From contig OX597831.1 in the NCBI GenBank assembly GCA_951406725.2, forward strand, positions 7,936,001-8,000,000: DNA of 64,000 bases, in the 5' to 3' direction. The notes beneath the pieces are model-generated. The model did not search any database. It was not told the origin of the DNA and worked only from the letters and a program-made list of their open reading frames with translations. The position numbers and the translations under genes were made by a program. This document shows, piece after piece, positions 1 to 15,190 of the stretch. This DNA is from Octopus vulgaris. Taxonomy: Eukaryota. Every line of letters starts with the position of its first letter. The first letter of the stretch is position 1.

Positions 1-104
1 AAACGGCATACATTATGATTCTAAAGAAATTTGTGGGGAAAATCTTTTCCAAAGGGGTGGCAAGAGGACTTCGGAAAATTCCCAAGATCCAAGTTTTTCC
101 CTCA

Positions 105-140
<36 letters not shown>

Positions 141-486
141 GTGTGTGTGTGTGTGTGTGTATGTGTGTGTATGTATATATAATATATGTATCTATCTATA
201 TATATAGATGGAGAAAGTAATAATGAGTCAATGAGAATAACAACAAAAGGTTTAAAAAAACGTTAAAATAATTGAAAATGAAACAAGATTGAAGCCAAAA
301 CACTAAAAAAAATTATTGAAAGTGGGTAGAAATAAACACTACGTGTTTCTGTAGAAAGTTGAATGTGATTTCGGAATATAACGAGGAAAAATTCAGATCT
401 TGAGAATTTTCCGAAAGTCCTCTCCTCACCCCCTTGGAAAAAATTTTCCCCACAAATTTCTTTATAATCGTAATGCATGTCATTTC
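1..486. mobile_element. Foldback/MITE-like element with about 108-bp inverted arms (left arm cut by the window edge)
   Basis: 1-108 is the reverse complement, with scattered mismatches, of 378-486; TA/TG microsatellite between the arms. Confidence 0.7.
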
Positions 487-506
487 AAAGGTATTTATAT
501 AAAAAA

Positions 507-903
507 CTAGCAGTATCGCCCGGCGTTGCTCGGGTTTGTAAGGGAAATAGCTATATAAGCATTTTTAGAGAGTTATAGCCAAAAAATAGCAAAGAAATGC
601 ATTAAAAATGGAAAAAAAATTATGGTAAATTTTTTTTTAAATCGTTGACTCATCATAGACATTTTTAGAGAGTTACTTCCCTTATATAATAGCGAAAAAA
701 TGCATTAAAATGGAAAAAAATGATGTTAATTTTTTTTTAAATCGTAGACTCATCGTAGACGCGCGCTAATACCTAGAAGGGCTTGATATGAATCACGACT
801 ATAAGATACCCGCTTTTGGTTACACTGCACCGCAAAATGTGGGAGTAGTTAAGAATCTAAATCGTAGGAGACAGACACACAACTTCACTTTTATATATAA
901 AGA
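507..903 (-). mobile_element. Non-autonomous Helitron, copy 1
   Basis: Minus strand starts A|TCTTTATATATAAAA and ends with hairpin CCCGAGCAACGCCGGG plus CTAG|T; internal tandem duplication of about 95 bp; near-identical copy at 12525-12922. Confidence 0.85.
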
Positions 904-3504
904 TTTCATTGAAAAAAAAAAAACTCCATTTTCCTAAAAGTTATGAGGGAAACCAAAGTACTAGTTCTAACAACATTTAGGACAACCAGAAAACCATCCA
1001 GAGGGCTGTCTTTCTGCTAGTAAATTTCACTAATAAACTTTTTCAGAGATACATTTCCAGGAAGGGATGATCTGGAACCTCACCAAAAGAGGTTTTGGTT
1101 TTAAATTCTATCAAAATAATTGTAAACTACATTATTGAAAACATTTCTGCAATATTTCAGAAAAAACAAATTACATTTTAAAGAAAGTTACAAGGAAATA
1201 AATTCAGGACGATGGCACCAAACTACAGCCATGTTGTTGCTTGGCGCATTTCAAATATAAAATTATGTAAAATCCAAACTGAAGATAAAATATATTTATC
1301 TCAACTACATTCTCACAGAAACATATCCAAAGAAAGAAAAAACACCATTGAGCTTGTGTTTCTCATTGATAACCTTTATTGTATAAAGAAGAAGTGCTTG
1401 ATGATTTCTAGGGCTAAAATTATGGCGGAGTTTCAGAATAATTACTACTTCATGGAGAAGGATATAGCAAAGAATTGGATGTATTGTTTCTCCGTTTTTA
1501 TTTTTTAGATTCCCTCATTTCTTTCTATGTGAATTACAAATCTAAAAGAAATTTTTGGAAAAAAGCTTCATTTTATTTTTTCGTATTTAATCCACTCCAC
1601 CTCCTTTATTTCATGTCTGTTTTCTTTCCCCAAGAGTTTGTGAGTTATTGAGCAACAAAATTATTTATGTTTATAGACTAAACTGCATAAAAATTTCTTC
1701 TTACATACATTTTTTACTTTATGGGTGAAGTGTTATCTAAATATTTTTATTTGTTATAAAATATGTCACCAGTAAAAAGTAGCAGTATCTTTGACCGAGC
1801 AATGTCTGATTTAACACGAAGAAACTTTCTTTGTCTTGAGAAAATTCTACCATTTGTAAAATCTGTTTACATTGAAAATACATCATTTTTTTTCTTCTTT
1901 CTTTTATTTTTAATTCAATTTCTGCTCACAGAACTTATCTGGCTGCACAAAAACAATTGATAAAGCTTAATTGAGCAATTATTATAGCACTTAACTTTCT
2001 TTTCTGGACAGATATAGTTTTTGATCGTGTTCCATAAAACGGAATAAGCCACACCTGTTATATCTTTTAAATTATTGACAGCTTTAGACTTAATCTTCTC
2101 CATTTAGCAGTTATTTTCTTTTTCCTTTGATGCCTATACATTGATACTGTCCAGTGAAATATCTTTATTATTTTCATCCATAAATGTTACTCTGATTTCA
2201 TCCACAGTGCACATCAAGCCTAGGGTAACCATATTGTTAATGATTCACAAGTTAGGTTTCAGATCCATCAAAAATTCCTTCACATTTCTCAGTCCAACAA
2301 GGAGCTCCCTTGCAGTCACTTCATTAGCTAGAAATGGCAGCCAAATAATACACTCTCCAGATCATGTTAAATTTACGCCTGCCACTTGAAAGTTTTCAAA
2401 TGTTTATCAGATTTATTTTCAAAAAACGTAGTTCTGATGTAGTTTTGCATGGTAATAATGAAAATCACATTGATTTTTACTAGAAATTAATAATTCTTTC
2501 TATTATCGGCACAATGCCTGAAAATCTGACGGAGAAAATTAGTTAATTATATCAATTCCAGGGTTAAGCTGGTAATTATTTTGATAAAATATCCTTCAAT
2601 AAAAACATATTATAATAGCATGAAATTATAACATTAGGGTTATAAGTGAAACCAATTGACTACATAAATATTTTATTTCATAAATATATATATATTTTTT
2701 TTTCCAACATAAATTTTCTGAGCATTTTCCTTTTTGCATTTTTTACTACAATTTAACATGTGGAATTTTTTCTCAAACTTTTTCACTATATATATATATA
2801 TATATGCACATACACAGCATGCACACGCACACACATTATATAATGGGCTTCCACACAGTTTCCATCTCCCAAATTCACTCATAGCATATTGGTCGGCCTG
2901 AGGCTATAGTTGAAGACATTTACCCTAGGTTCCACGCAAAAGGACTGAACCTGAAACCGTGTGGTTGCAAAGCAAATTTCTTAACCACTCAACCAGGCCC
3001 AGTAAAAAAAGTGTTCATCCTGTTATGATCTTCAGGAAAGGCATGAAGCTCACAGCTTCCTACTTTGTACAAAATGGTTTAAGATGCAGTGCATAAGTTA
3101 GATATTTATGTTTGTATATTAGTGATGGGTACAACGAGGCAAGAGATAAACAAGTCAAAATGTCAGGATGGTACTGCAGTTTCAATTCTTGGTTGAAACC
3201 ACTTCACTTCTCTTATACAACTAATATATTTCTAATTAGACTTGTTATGCTTACGGCATTAAATACATCAACTCTAATTTAACTGCTGCTTTTCGTGGCA
3301 GTTGGTGTCTCTGAGTACTTAACCACAGAGGTTAATATTCTTTCTTTTTATAATGCCTGAGGAATTTACCACAATTCTCATTTACGGAGAAATAGGGGAA
3401 ACGAAAGCAAAGTTATTCGTGTTCTGTTGGAAAAAAACAACATTTTTTTTTACTGAAGGGAAACGTCTGTAAGCACAAAAAACGAATTCTCTGAGCATTA
3501 ATGC

Positions 3505-3705
3505 ATGTGTGTGTAAGTGTGTGCGTGCGAATATATATATATCTGTGTGTATGTGTGTGTGTATACATATGTATATGTGTGTGAGTATACATACAAACAC
3601 ACACACGTACATATATGTGTATATAGGTGCACATACATACACATATACATTTGTGTACACATATGTCCATACATTTGCATATGCATGCACACACATATAT
3701 GTATG

Positions 3706-3736
<31 letters not shown>

Positions 3737-4302
3737 CACACACATACACACATACATAATTCACACATGTATGTGCACACATACGTATATATACAAATAT
3801 GCACACACATGCATATACATATATATATATATAGATATACACATATGCATACATTTGCATATGCATACACACATTCACATACACACACGTAGCTACACAC
3901 ACGTATCAGATAAACGATAACAGGATTGAGTCTGGTAGAAAGAGGAACAACTAATCTCTGTTAGATTGCAACTACTAATGCCACTGCAGCATATTTACAA
4001 AATGACACAATGCTAGACTATATATGTGTGTGTATATATATATGTGTGTGTGTATATATGTGTGTGTGTGTATGTATATGTGTGTGTGTGTATATATATA
4101 TGTGTGTGTATATATGTGTGTGTGTGTGTATATATGTGTGTATGTATGTATATATGTGTGTGTGTATATATGTGTGTGTGTATGTATGTGTGTGTGTGTG
4201 TATATGTGTGTGTATGTATATATGTGTGTGTGTGTATATATGTGTGTGTATATGTGTATGTGTGTGAGTTTATACACATATATGTATGTATATGTATGTA
4301 TG

Positions 4303-4364
<62 letters not shown>

Positions 4365-4365
4365 T
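3505..4365. repeat. Complex (TA)/(TG)/(CA) microsatellite arrays
   Basis: Alternating purine-pyrimidine low-complexity tracts; similar arrays at 14600-15185, 42320-42830, 55105-55255 and 61746-61814. Confidence 0.95.
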
Positions 4366-5189
4366 AACCTCTATTGATGCAATTATATATGTAATCCTTA
4401 TCTTTCTTCTTAATCTTGCTTAAAACTTCAACAATAAACTTGTTGTATAGCAAAATTCTAACTTTATTTCATTTGCCCCTCAAATGTCAACACAGAAAAG
4501 ATGTATTTAGTTTTTATTTTTTTAATAAGAATACGAAGGTTTTCACACTAATGTAGAATATATATTTATTTTTTCTTCCAAGTCTGCGAGTCAAATGGTT
4601 CTTCAAATAAAATTATGCGTTATCAGAAAAAAAGAAAATGGGAAAGACAAAAAAAGTGGATGATAAGTTTGAGAAGAGAAGAAACATAGTCTGTTGCGTA
4701 TAACACATACATCCATGTGTGTGTGTAAGGATGTATGTGTGTATGCATATGTATATACATGCATACATACATCCATATATACATGCTTCTATATGTATGT
4801 AATGTATAAGTATGTATGTATGTGGAAATCGACCTGGTGCATGTGTTAAGTAATAAGGCACTAAAAGTGAATGGCTCACACCAGACACTATATATATATA
4901 TATATGCAGCCACATACACATATACATACAGCAGGTTCAAATAGTTGAATATATTTGATGCCATGAGGAAAAAACAAAGATGCTGAACACGACCTGTCAT
5001 TGAATAATTCTGAGATTCTATTGTCTTTAATAAAACTAAACCCAGCTATGAGACAACATGGATGATGACTTAGATGCATCAAACATCTTGCCAAAAGATT
5101 AAAGTTTTGTACCTTGTCACCAGCTCTTGGTTGGTTTGGCCAGGGGCCAGCAAGACGCTGCAGAGTATCCATGGTCTTTGCAGCCACTT

Positions 5190-5530
5190 ACCATTCCTTA
5201 TCAAGGCCGGTCAGCTTGAACATAGATGACAAGTTGATGGCTGCAAGAAAAAATGTGCAAAGAAGGGTTTTGCAGTGGGTGTACATCCTGGGGAGAAAGG
5301 ATTGGTGTAACGGTGAGTGTAGGGCCAGGAGAGTGGACACTTTATGTGATGAGGATGAGAGATGAGTGTGAAGGAGGAGGAGAGAGAGAGAGAGTGCATG
5401 AGTGGATGAAGCACGTGACCAATTAACTGTGAAGATCAACGACCTCAATATCATTGATAGAAAGACCAAAGAGAGGAGGAGACAGACTGAATGTCTCCAG
5501 ATCCTGGAATGGATGTGAGCAGAGGGTGAA
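5190..5530 (-). mobile_element. CR1/Jockey-group LINE 3' ORF2 remnant
   Basis: Translation ..PLHQSFLPRMYTHCKTLLCTFFLAAINLSSMFKLTGL resembles the LINE ORF2 C-terminal pattern SF.PR....WN.LP..VF; degenerate. Confidence 0.5.
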
Positions 5531-7547
5531 CATAAGAGATAGAGATACAAATAGGTTGAAAGAGCTTGTGTAGAGGCACTTTTAACAATTGGAAATTCAC
5601 AGCATGTCAGACAGAACAATACTTGGTGGCATTTTGGTTTCATCTTGAATTGAAATCCTCATGATTTTGCCTTTTTTAAAGTAAAATATAGCCATCTGTC
5701 TTTTATATATCACAAAAAGCAAATTTACTGCAGTATTATTCAATTGGAAATAATTTCTCTTATGGACATTCTTTATTTAAAAGCACAATACATATCAGAA
5801 GCAGATGGGAATCTGGACAGTGAGAATGTTAGCTGCATTTCTGCGTCTTTAAGCTTTGTCAGTAGCATGTATTCACAGTACTCACAGCCAGCTCTATGTT
5901 GCAAAGATGAACTCTGTTGTCACCAATGATATGGGAAAACAAGTGAAGGAACAATTATGGGTGTTACAAATAGTCTTCTGACTGAATAAAAGTCTGGTAT
6001 ACGCAACAGAAGCTGTGGCAGAAATACCACTATCATTCTCACCAGCTGTTTCTAAGATGATCTCTGCCTGCCTCTGATTCATACCTTGGTATTATATGTT
6101 AAACATAATACATTCATTAGAGACGTTATATCCAGATGGATTACCACAGAACATTTGCTTTTTACAATGTTCCTACATAAAGTATGATTCACACTTGGCA
6201 ATTTTAATCTAATTCTGCTTCTCTAACAAAAGTAAACTATGTAATAATACAATATTCATCAGTTGGCAAAAAGTAGCTTTCCAAAGATATACACACACAG
6301 TTTTTTTGTGTATAAGTATGTATTTTCTTAATAAAATACATTGTGGAAGATAGCAAATTATTTACAGATAAATTTCAAATGTATTTTCTTTTTCAAGGAA
6401 GGGAAAAGAGTAAAACAAGAAATGATAAAAAAAAATTACTAAGACGAGGAACAAAAGTTATTGTAGTAGTCAATGAAAAAGATGAAGAGAGAAGATGGCA
6501 CTCCTCTGGGCTGGAGGCAAGAATGTCTGAATAATTACAGACAGGTCTGCATTGAGATCTTCCTTTTGCTTTTGTGTATAAATATATTATATTAAGCTCT
6601 TTTTTTTTAATTGTAAAGTCGAATGGTTCCTGTGCAGTAAGTGCTTAAATATATGGTCAGTGTTGGGTGTGAAAAATAAGTAGACATTTAATGGTCATTG
6701 AACTAACTATCAGAACATGGAACATTTCTTTAATCTTTTTGCAAATTCTTCTGATTGTTTTGGATAAAATATACTATACAGGCACAGATATGTGTGGTTA
6801 AGAAGCTCACTTGGTTTTGGGTTCAGTTCCATAGCACAGTACCTGAGGTAAATGCCTTCTACTATAACTCCAGGCCAAGCAATGCCTTGGGAGTGGAGTT
6901 TGTAGTCAGAAACTATGTCATATATAGATGTATGTATGCGTTTGTGTGTATGTGTGTTTGTGTTTGAGCTTGTCCTCCACCACTGCTTAACTGGTGTTGC
7001 TTTGTTTATGTCCCTATAAATTAGCAGTTCACCAAAAGAGATTGATAGAATAAGTAGCAGACTTAAAAATAAGTCCTGGGGTCAGGTTGTTTCTAAACCC
7101 TTCAAGACAGTACTCCAGCATGGCCACAGTTCAATGACTGAAGTAAACAACAAAAAAGAAGCATTTAACAGAACCATCTAGAACAACTGGATATTTTGCC
7201 CTTAAATCTTTAAAATGATGTTCATTAAATATGATCATTCCTTGTAACTTCCAGTCATTTTTCCGACCCCAAATTCCTAAGACATTTTGGATAACAGAAA
7301 TTGTTCCTCCTAACGGAACACTTGTATATTTTACCAGCATAACTTTCTTCACCTTTTTTTTTATCATAGCATTGTGCAGTAGAAACCATCTAAAGTCTGC
7401 AAACTGGTTATATGCATGTATATATGTGTGTGTGTGTTTTATATTATATATTTAGATAGACAGCTCGCTGCCTAGCTAGAGGGATATATATGTGTGTGTG
7501 TGTGTTGTGTGTGTGTATGTATGTCTATCTATCTATCTATCTATCTA

Positions 7548-7591
<44 letters not shown>

Positions 7592-8323
7592 TATGCACAT
7601 ATCTACAGAGATAGATATCTATATATCTATATGTATATTTCTGAGTGTGTTTGTGTATATATATCTACATTTATATTTCTGAGAACAAGTTCTCAGAAAG
7701 TTCCTATATACTAAGAATAAACATAAGATATAAAAGAAAACAAAACCAAAACAGAGAATAAAAAAAAACAATGCAAAATAAAATTTTTGTTTTATTTTAA
7801 AGATATTTCATTGTTCTGACATTGAAAATTCTCTTCAGTTTTCTCCATCGCAATTCTTGGAGAAGATTTCAGGAACCAATTTGAAAAAAAAAAAAAAAAG
7901 AAAAAAAAGACTTTATTACATCAAGCTGAGATGACAGGGAGATAGAATTTTCAAGGATTCAGTTGGGTAATTTGCTATTAACATCTCACACAAGAAAGAT
8001 TCCAAAGTGAATACACACACACACACACTCTCTCTCTCTGTGTGCATGTGTTATTTAATTTCTGGTGCAAAATAATACAGAGCTTCTCATATTCATAAGG
8101 CCATTGGTGGATAATTTCCTACCTTCTCTGTTTAGGGTAAATGTCTGTTATACTCTCTCTCTCTCACACACGCACACAAACACAGAGTCTTCTATGGTTG
8201 AATGAATCCAGGAAAGATATCCATTTGTAGAAAAGTGTATTCTAATGCTGTGCTGTCTGACCTGACCCATGCAAGAATGGAATTGTAGACACTAAAATGA
8301 TGATGATGATGATGAAGATTGTG

Positions 8324-8407
<84 letters not shown>

Positions 8408-8536
8408 ATAGTTGATATACATATATATAGAATTTCCTTTGGGTGTTCAATAAATTGTGGCATGTATTGTTGAATAATATAACAATCTTCATCAGAATAA
8501 ATTTCAACCATTCTCCTTAGTTATAATTATATAATA

Positions 8537-9336
8537 CAGGGTACAATGGATAAATTGTTGCTATTTTATATTTTTAATTTCATGCATGTGCATTGTTTGG
8601 TTTTGATTTTGTCGACTGCACAGTATAGTAGGGTCAGTTGGGCACCATCTATGAGAAAACCAGCACCATGACACAATTCACTCTGCCAGAAAACGACATG
8701 CTGTACTGCTTGACATTTGTGCTAGAAGCGCCAATATGAACATCTCAGAGTGTTTGGGTGTCAAGCTGAGGATAGTGCAATCTGAGGACATGTACTGAGA
8801 GTGATAAAAATCAAACATCCAGTCAACATCCTCCATTCATCTTCCCACAAAGCTTCAGACTCAGCACAGAGGCCTACATCAAGTGCCTGGAGGAGGCAGT
8901 ACTGCCTATGTCTGGCAACAGGACTCTACACTATGCCACACATGTAAGAGAACCCAGTCATGTCCGTCAGACAATTTCTGTGACCACATCACCTCTAACA
9001 TCTGGCCACCTAACTCCCCCAACTGCAATCTCCTTGATTATTATGTGTGGGGCGCAATTGAGCGAGAGACCAACAAAACTCCTTGTAACACCAAATATGA
9101 ACTGAAGGCAAAGATTGTGGCAACATTCACAAACTTAATCAAGGAGACTGTCCAGAAGAGTTGCAAGAGATTCCAAAGTCTTCTGGAGGCCGTGGTTGAA
9201 GCCAATGGCGATTTTATTGAATAAGTTTACTCTTTAGTATTTTAAGATATTTTATGTAATTTTGGTAAATATATCTAAGATGTCAGTGTTATTTTCAGTT
9301 CTGTGTAATTTAGACAACAGTTTATTCACTGCTTCC

Positions 9337-9338
<2 letters not shown>
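8537..9338 (+). mobile_element. Tc1/mariner (DD37D, maT-type) transposon relic with truncated transposase
   Basis: ORF 8883..9224 has QQD-(37 aa)-D spacing with WPPNSPNCNLLDYYVWG; degenerate terminal inverted repeats (TIRs) TA|CAGGGTACAATGGATAAATTGTTG and ACAACAGTTTATTCACTGCTTCCTATA. Confidence 0.85.
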
Positions 9339-9368
<30 letters not shown>

Positions 9369-12300
9369 TATGTCTATTTATCTCTCTCTTTTCCACTATC
9401 ATTCTATCTATCTATCTATCTAATTATTATTATCACCATCATCATTATTATTGTTATTGTTATTATTGGTGAGCTGGCAGAACCATTAGCGTGCCAGGTA
9501 AAATGCTAAACAACTTTTCATCTGTCTTTACATTCTGAGTTTAAATTTCACAGGAGTTGACTTTGTCTTTCATCCTTTCTTAGTCAATAAAATAAGAACT
9601 AGTCATGTACTGAGGTCAATGTAATCGTCATATCCTTTTCCCTGGATTTGCTGGCCTTGTGTCAAAATTTGAAACCATTATTATTATTATTATTATTATC
9701 ATTAATTAAGCAGTGAACAGGCAGAATCGTTAGCATGTCGGGCAAAATGCTTAGTAGCACTTTGACTGTCTTTATGTTTTGAGTTCAAATTCTGCTGGGG
9801 TTGACTTTACCTTTCATCCTTTCAGGGTAATAAAATAAGTACCAGTCTTGTACTGGGGGCCCTCCCCCAAAATTCCAGGCATTGTGTTTTTACTAGAAAG
9901 GATTATTATTATTATTATTATTGATTAGAATTTGTTACAAAATGACTCAAGTTTTGGGAGTTTTATCATAGTGTATGTGTGTATGTGTATATATGAATAT
10001 ATATTTCTATATTTGGAAAAAGAAAGATTGAATGGTGCAGGAAAATACTAGCTGTTTAACATGAGACTATTTGCCATTTACAGAGTTTATATTTAATTCC
10101 ATAACAAATTGGAAATCATTTAGTTTTTAGATTTAATTATTAATATTTATAGTTTTAATCTTGTTATAACCCTAAACATATTTTTATAGAGAATTAATGA
10201 ATTAGTCAATATTCTCTACAGCATGACACATAATTGTCTCATACACCAGCAACCAAACCATCACCATCGAATAATTTATTCATGATATTGTATATTATTG
10301 AAAGAGTCTGGCTGAGCACGGATAGTTTTTTTCTGTTTTTGTTTTTTTACTGTTTTGGAGTTAAATGAGATCAAACATGTCTGGAATTGCAATTCTTTTG
10401 TTTATTGAACTCATGTTCTTCCCAAAGGATTAAAAAATCTCTAGCATTTTTATTTTAGAATAATTACAGAAATATATTTCAATATAGAATTAATTTCTCG
10501 ATATACCTTGTGATGTGTTACATAATTTTCCAAACGGTGACTTTCTTTTCTTTACATCCAAGAATATACGTGTCATATTCTTGGTGCTCCTTTAACTCTG
10601 CCATGCTCTGGTTGAGCAGACATATAACCAACAGCAGTCTCTGTCACCACCTTCATCATCATCATCATCACTGTTGCTTTTACATCCCTTTTCCATGCTT
10701 GCATGGATCAGATAATGGAGTTCACCGAGGCAGATTTTCTACAGCTGGATGCCATTCTTGTTGCCAACTCTCAACTGTTTCTGAGCAGATAAATATTTCT
10801 TTGTGGCAAAAGCCATTTACACTGAAGATTGAAAATAAAAAGACACTGCTTTTATGATGGTGACACAACAATCATGTGATGTCAAGACAAAGAGAGAGAG
10901 AGACACACACATGCAGTAAACCTTCAGTTTATGAACATTTTAACATAAAACATCTCAGGTGATGAACGGTGTCTTCAGTTATCAACATGCAAGCCAGCAA
11001 CAACAGCTGGCATCAAGCTGGGAGTATCTATTTGTATCAGTTGGTGCCTAGCTTTTACACATCCCTGATTGAATTTGCCATAACCTTCTCTTGAATTTCC
11101 TACAGGGAAAAATAGTTTCAGTTTACAAACATTTTGGATGAGAGATAGCTTTCAGGAATGAATTAAATTAAAGCACCTACTACACTCTCAGAGTGGTTGG
11201 CATTAGGAAGGGTATCCAGCTGTAGAAACTCTGCTAGATCAGATTGGAGCCTGGTGGAGCCATCTGGTTCGCCAGTACTCAGTCAAATCGTCCAACCCAT
11301 GCTAGCATGGAAAGCGGATGTTAAATGATGATGATATATATTATTCTCTAACAAATAGTGTTGAGAATGACTTCAAAGTTTTGCTCTGCTAACTTTTCAT
11401 TGGATTGTAGTCCATTTGAGTTTATTTTGGATTGCTGTAGTCTCTGGGGCAGATAGAGGTCTGTTGAATGCTAATTAGATTGTAGGTTAGGTTCTGATAG
11501 AAAGCTATTATGGAGGATGCTTATTGATTAAATTTGGAGTGTTGTTATCATTCTGATTTCAATCAGGCATTTAGACCTTTGCAATCATGTGTGTCTATTG
11601 AGGTGTTAGCTTCAGGTCTCAGGGCTGTGTTTTGGGGGGTTCGCAAACAACTAGGTAAGTGCAATGGTCAATTGGTCATCATATGTGTAACTAGGTTTAG
11701 TTGATTTTATTTGGATACTGATGAGAGACTTTGTTTTGGGAATGTAGAGGTTATAATTCAGAGTTCAGTGCAGAATGTAAAACCTTGTAATCAGGTGTGT
11801 TTATTCAAGTGTGTCACCTACCTACAAACTTTTGTGAACCTTGAAGCACAAGGAAAACAAATTTCCATACTAAAAACACCATGACCTAAAGTTGATACAT
11901 AAGAGAAACCTTGTCTCTAAGTCTGCTCAGATTTGCCTCCCTTTGGCATTTGATGCTGATGAGAAGATAACTACTCCAAATGCATGCACCCATTGATCTG
12001 GATAGAGGGTAGCTCAAACTAGCCATGATATGTTTACACCTTCTTGTTTGCCAAAGGAATATTTCTCCATGACAAGCTGCAGTGAAAAGCCTTCTTACAT
12101 GTTCAAATATCTCTCAAATATATTTGAACTGGTGACAACCTTATATTCATCTCAATCACTACTTTGAGTGTATAATCTGTATCTACACATATATAGCATA
12201 TATTGAGTTCTACACCAGGTTATTAGTCTTACGATACCTAAGCTATATATATATCATTACAGATATAGGGTAAAGAATTATTAATTTCATAATTAATAAA

Positions 12301-12524
12301 ATTTTACCAAGTAGCTTCGGTATGGAAAAAAAACATTATTGTAGACTGTTTGATTTCATTATTTTTTTTGCCTATGTGAGTTATGAGCATTGCTGTCTGT
12401 GGAGTTATATTTGTAGTTAAAAGAATTAGCTGTTTTTGACTGCTATTTCTAAATTTTCGCAATGAGGTGAAACAACTTGTTGCTAAACCCTAAATTATAT
12501 ATATACATATATATATATATAATA

Positions 12525-12922
12525 CTAGCAGTATCGCCCGGCGTTGCTCGGGTTTGTAAGGGAAATAGCTATATAAGCATTTTTAGAGAGTTATAGCCAA
12601 AAAATAGCAAAAAAATGCATTAAAAATGGGAAAAAAATGATGGTAAATTTTTTTTTAAATCGTTGACTCATCGTAGACATTTTTAGAGAGTTACTTCCCT
12701 TATATAATAGCGAAAAAATGCATTAAAATGGAAAAAAATGATGGTAAATTTTTTTTTAAATCATAGACTCATCGTAGACGTGCGCTAATACCCAGAAGGG
12801 CTCGATATGAATCACGACTATAAGATACCCGGTTTTGGTTAAACTGCACCGCAAAATGTGAGAGTAGTTAGGAATCTAAATCGTAGGAGACAGACACACA
12901 ACCTTACTTTTATATATAAAGA
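12525..12922 (-). mobile_element. Non-autonomous Helitron, copy 2
   Basis: Same 5'-TC and 3'-hairpin-CTAG termini, inserted at AT within a (TA)n tract. Confidence 0.85.
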
Positions 12923-13416
12923 TATATATATATATATATATAGGTGCCAGTATGTGTGTGCATCACTGTCTCCTCACCTTGATATCATGTGATAGTTGTA
13001 AATGAATGTCACCATCATTGAAGTGGTGTCCATTGCCAGTCTTCAATGGAAAATATGTCTGACTGCAGGGAAATTTTACCTTATTTGGAAAGAAGCAAGG
13101 GTGGATGACAGGAAAGGCATCTGGACATAAAAAAATTCACCAAAAAATACCACCCAACCCATGTGAGAATGAAAAAGTGGGTGTTAAAATGATGATGATG
13201 ATGGTGATATCGTCCTTTAATGTCTGTTCTCCATGCTGGCATGGGTTGAAAGGTTTGCAAGGGGCTAGGAGGAAGACTGCAACAGACTTTCCTGTTTGTT
13301 TTGGCAGGGCTTTTATGGCTGGATACTCTTCCTACCACCAACCACCTTACAGTGTGAACTGAGTGCATTTTACATGGCATCAATACATATATGTGTGTGT
13401 GTGTGTGTGTATAAAC

Positions 13417-13589
13417 GATAAAAAATGGAGAAATAAATAACAATGAGAAGTGGATCTTTGGTGCTATAAAGCCATTATTTAATTAGTTAAGATGAGAGCC
13501 AACTCTCATTTTAACTAATTAATTAATTAATGGTTTTATAGCACCAAAGACCCACTTCTCATTGTTATTTATTTTTCCATTTTCTTATC
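13417..13589. repeat. Near-perfect palindrome with about 80-bp arms and a 4-nt loop
   Basis: GATAAAAAATGGAGAAATAAATAACAATGAGAAGTGG...ATGAGAG-ccaa-CTCTCAT...CCACTTCTCATTGTTATTTATTTTTCCATTTTCTTATC. Confidence 0.85.
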
Positions 13590-14620
13590 ATCTGTATATA
13601 CATTAAAGTACGGTTTACCTCTTAAATTACCTACTGCCGTATACCTTATACCAAGGACCATACATACTGAGGTAATTACCAAGAGTGCCTCTGGATATAT
13701 CTATCCCTTAGAGGTTTCAACATTTCTAACTGGCATGGGTTGGACGGTTTAACATGGAACTGGACAGCTGGTGGGGAGTTGTCCAAACTGCAATTGTCTG
13801 TTGTGGTATGGTTTCTACAGCTGGATGCCCTTCCTAATGACAACCACTTAAGAGAGGGTACTAGGGGCCTTTTACATGCCACATACGATTGGATCTCGCC
13901 CATAGTTTTCATCTAATAAATCCACTCGCAAGTCTTTGGTTGGCCCAGGGCTACAATAGAAGCCACTCACCCAAGTTATTGAACAGTAGAACTGAACCCA
14001 AAACTCGTAGTTGTAAAGTGAGCTTCTTAACCACACAACCATGCCCACCACCTACCAATATAATATTAATAAATAAATAAATAAATAGATTTTTGTAATT
14101 AATTAACCCTATTAATTAACAACCCTATTTTTAGTATTTTTGTTGCGTCTACTATTTTTGCTTACAATGTGTGAATTTTTATTTTGGATGTTAAAATTGG
14201 CATCAAACAAGATTTTCTCTTCTGCAAAAATACAAGTTCATCTAACATATCTTTCGATTGAATTGTCATCTGTGTCTTATAGCCATGCGATAACTGAATT
14301 AATTGCTTCATATCTCATTGCTTTGATACAAGCAAGAAAAGCTGAACGTATAATAGTTTGGGGATCCATAAAAACTTCTTATTCTCTCCCATGAATTAAC
14401 CTCCAGCAAGCAGGGAAGCTTTCCCTTCTTCTTTGGTTATATCAATATACATACAATACATGCATTACATACGTGCATGTATGTGTGTGTGTGTGTGAGT
14501 ATTTCTTTTATCTATGTTATTCTTTTTACTGTATCAACCAGAAAATAATATAGGCCTCAGGAATGCACAGCATATAAAAGTATTTTTATTAGAATACCAT
14601 TTATGTATGTATATATATAC

Positions 14621-14653
<33 letters not shown>

Positions 14654-14958
14654 CGTGTGTGTGTGTGTATACACACGCACACATACATATCTGTGTGTGT
14701 ATATATATAGATATGTGTGTGTGTATATATATGTATGTATACATATACATTCCTATGCACATATACAAAATATATACATCTATGTATGTATGCGTTTATA
14801 TATATATACACATGCACACACACATAAGTACATAAATATATATACAAAAATATATTCATAAACACACATGTATATACAAACTTTATTTAAATACAAATAT
14901 ATGCACATACATCCACACACGCATATTATATATTTGATATATATATATAACTATATTT

Positions 14959-15032
<74 letters not shown>

Positions 15033-15149
15033 TAGATAGATAGATAGATAGATATATATATAATGTGCAAGTATGTATAAGAGAGAGAATAATTACGTAG
15101 CTATTTATGTGTTTCTCTCTATCCCATATACTTTTGCTTTCATTGCGTA

Positions 15150-15190
<41 letters not shown>

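Noticed and set aside
3382-4453. Many overlapping ORFs rich in C/V/Y/I/H/T/M (also at 7490, 14514, 38421, 42287, 55096 and 61735)
   Set aside because: Translations of TA/TG/CA microsatellites that lack stop codons; not genes
5744-6534. Short ORFs in unique sequence as exons of a second gene
   Set aside because: No consistent splice-phase chain or recognisable domain; could be UTR or intergenic
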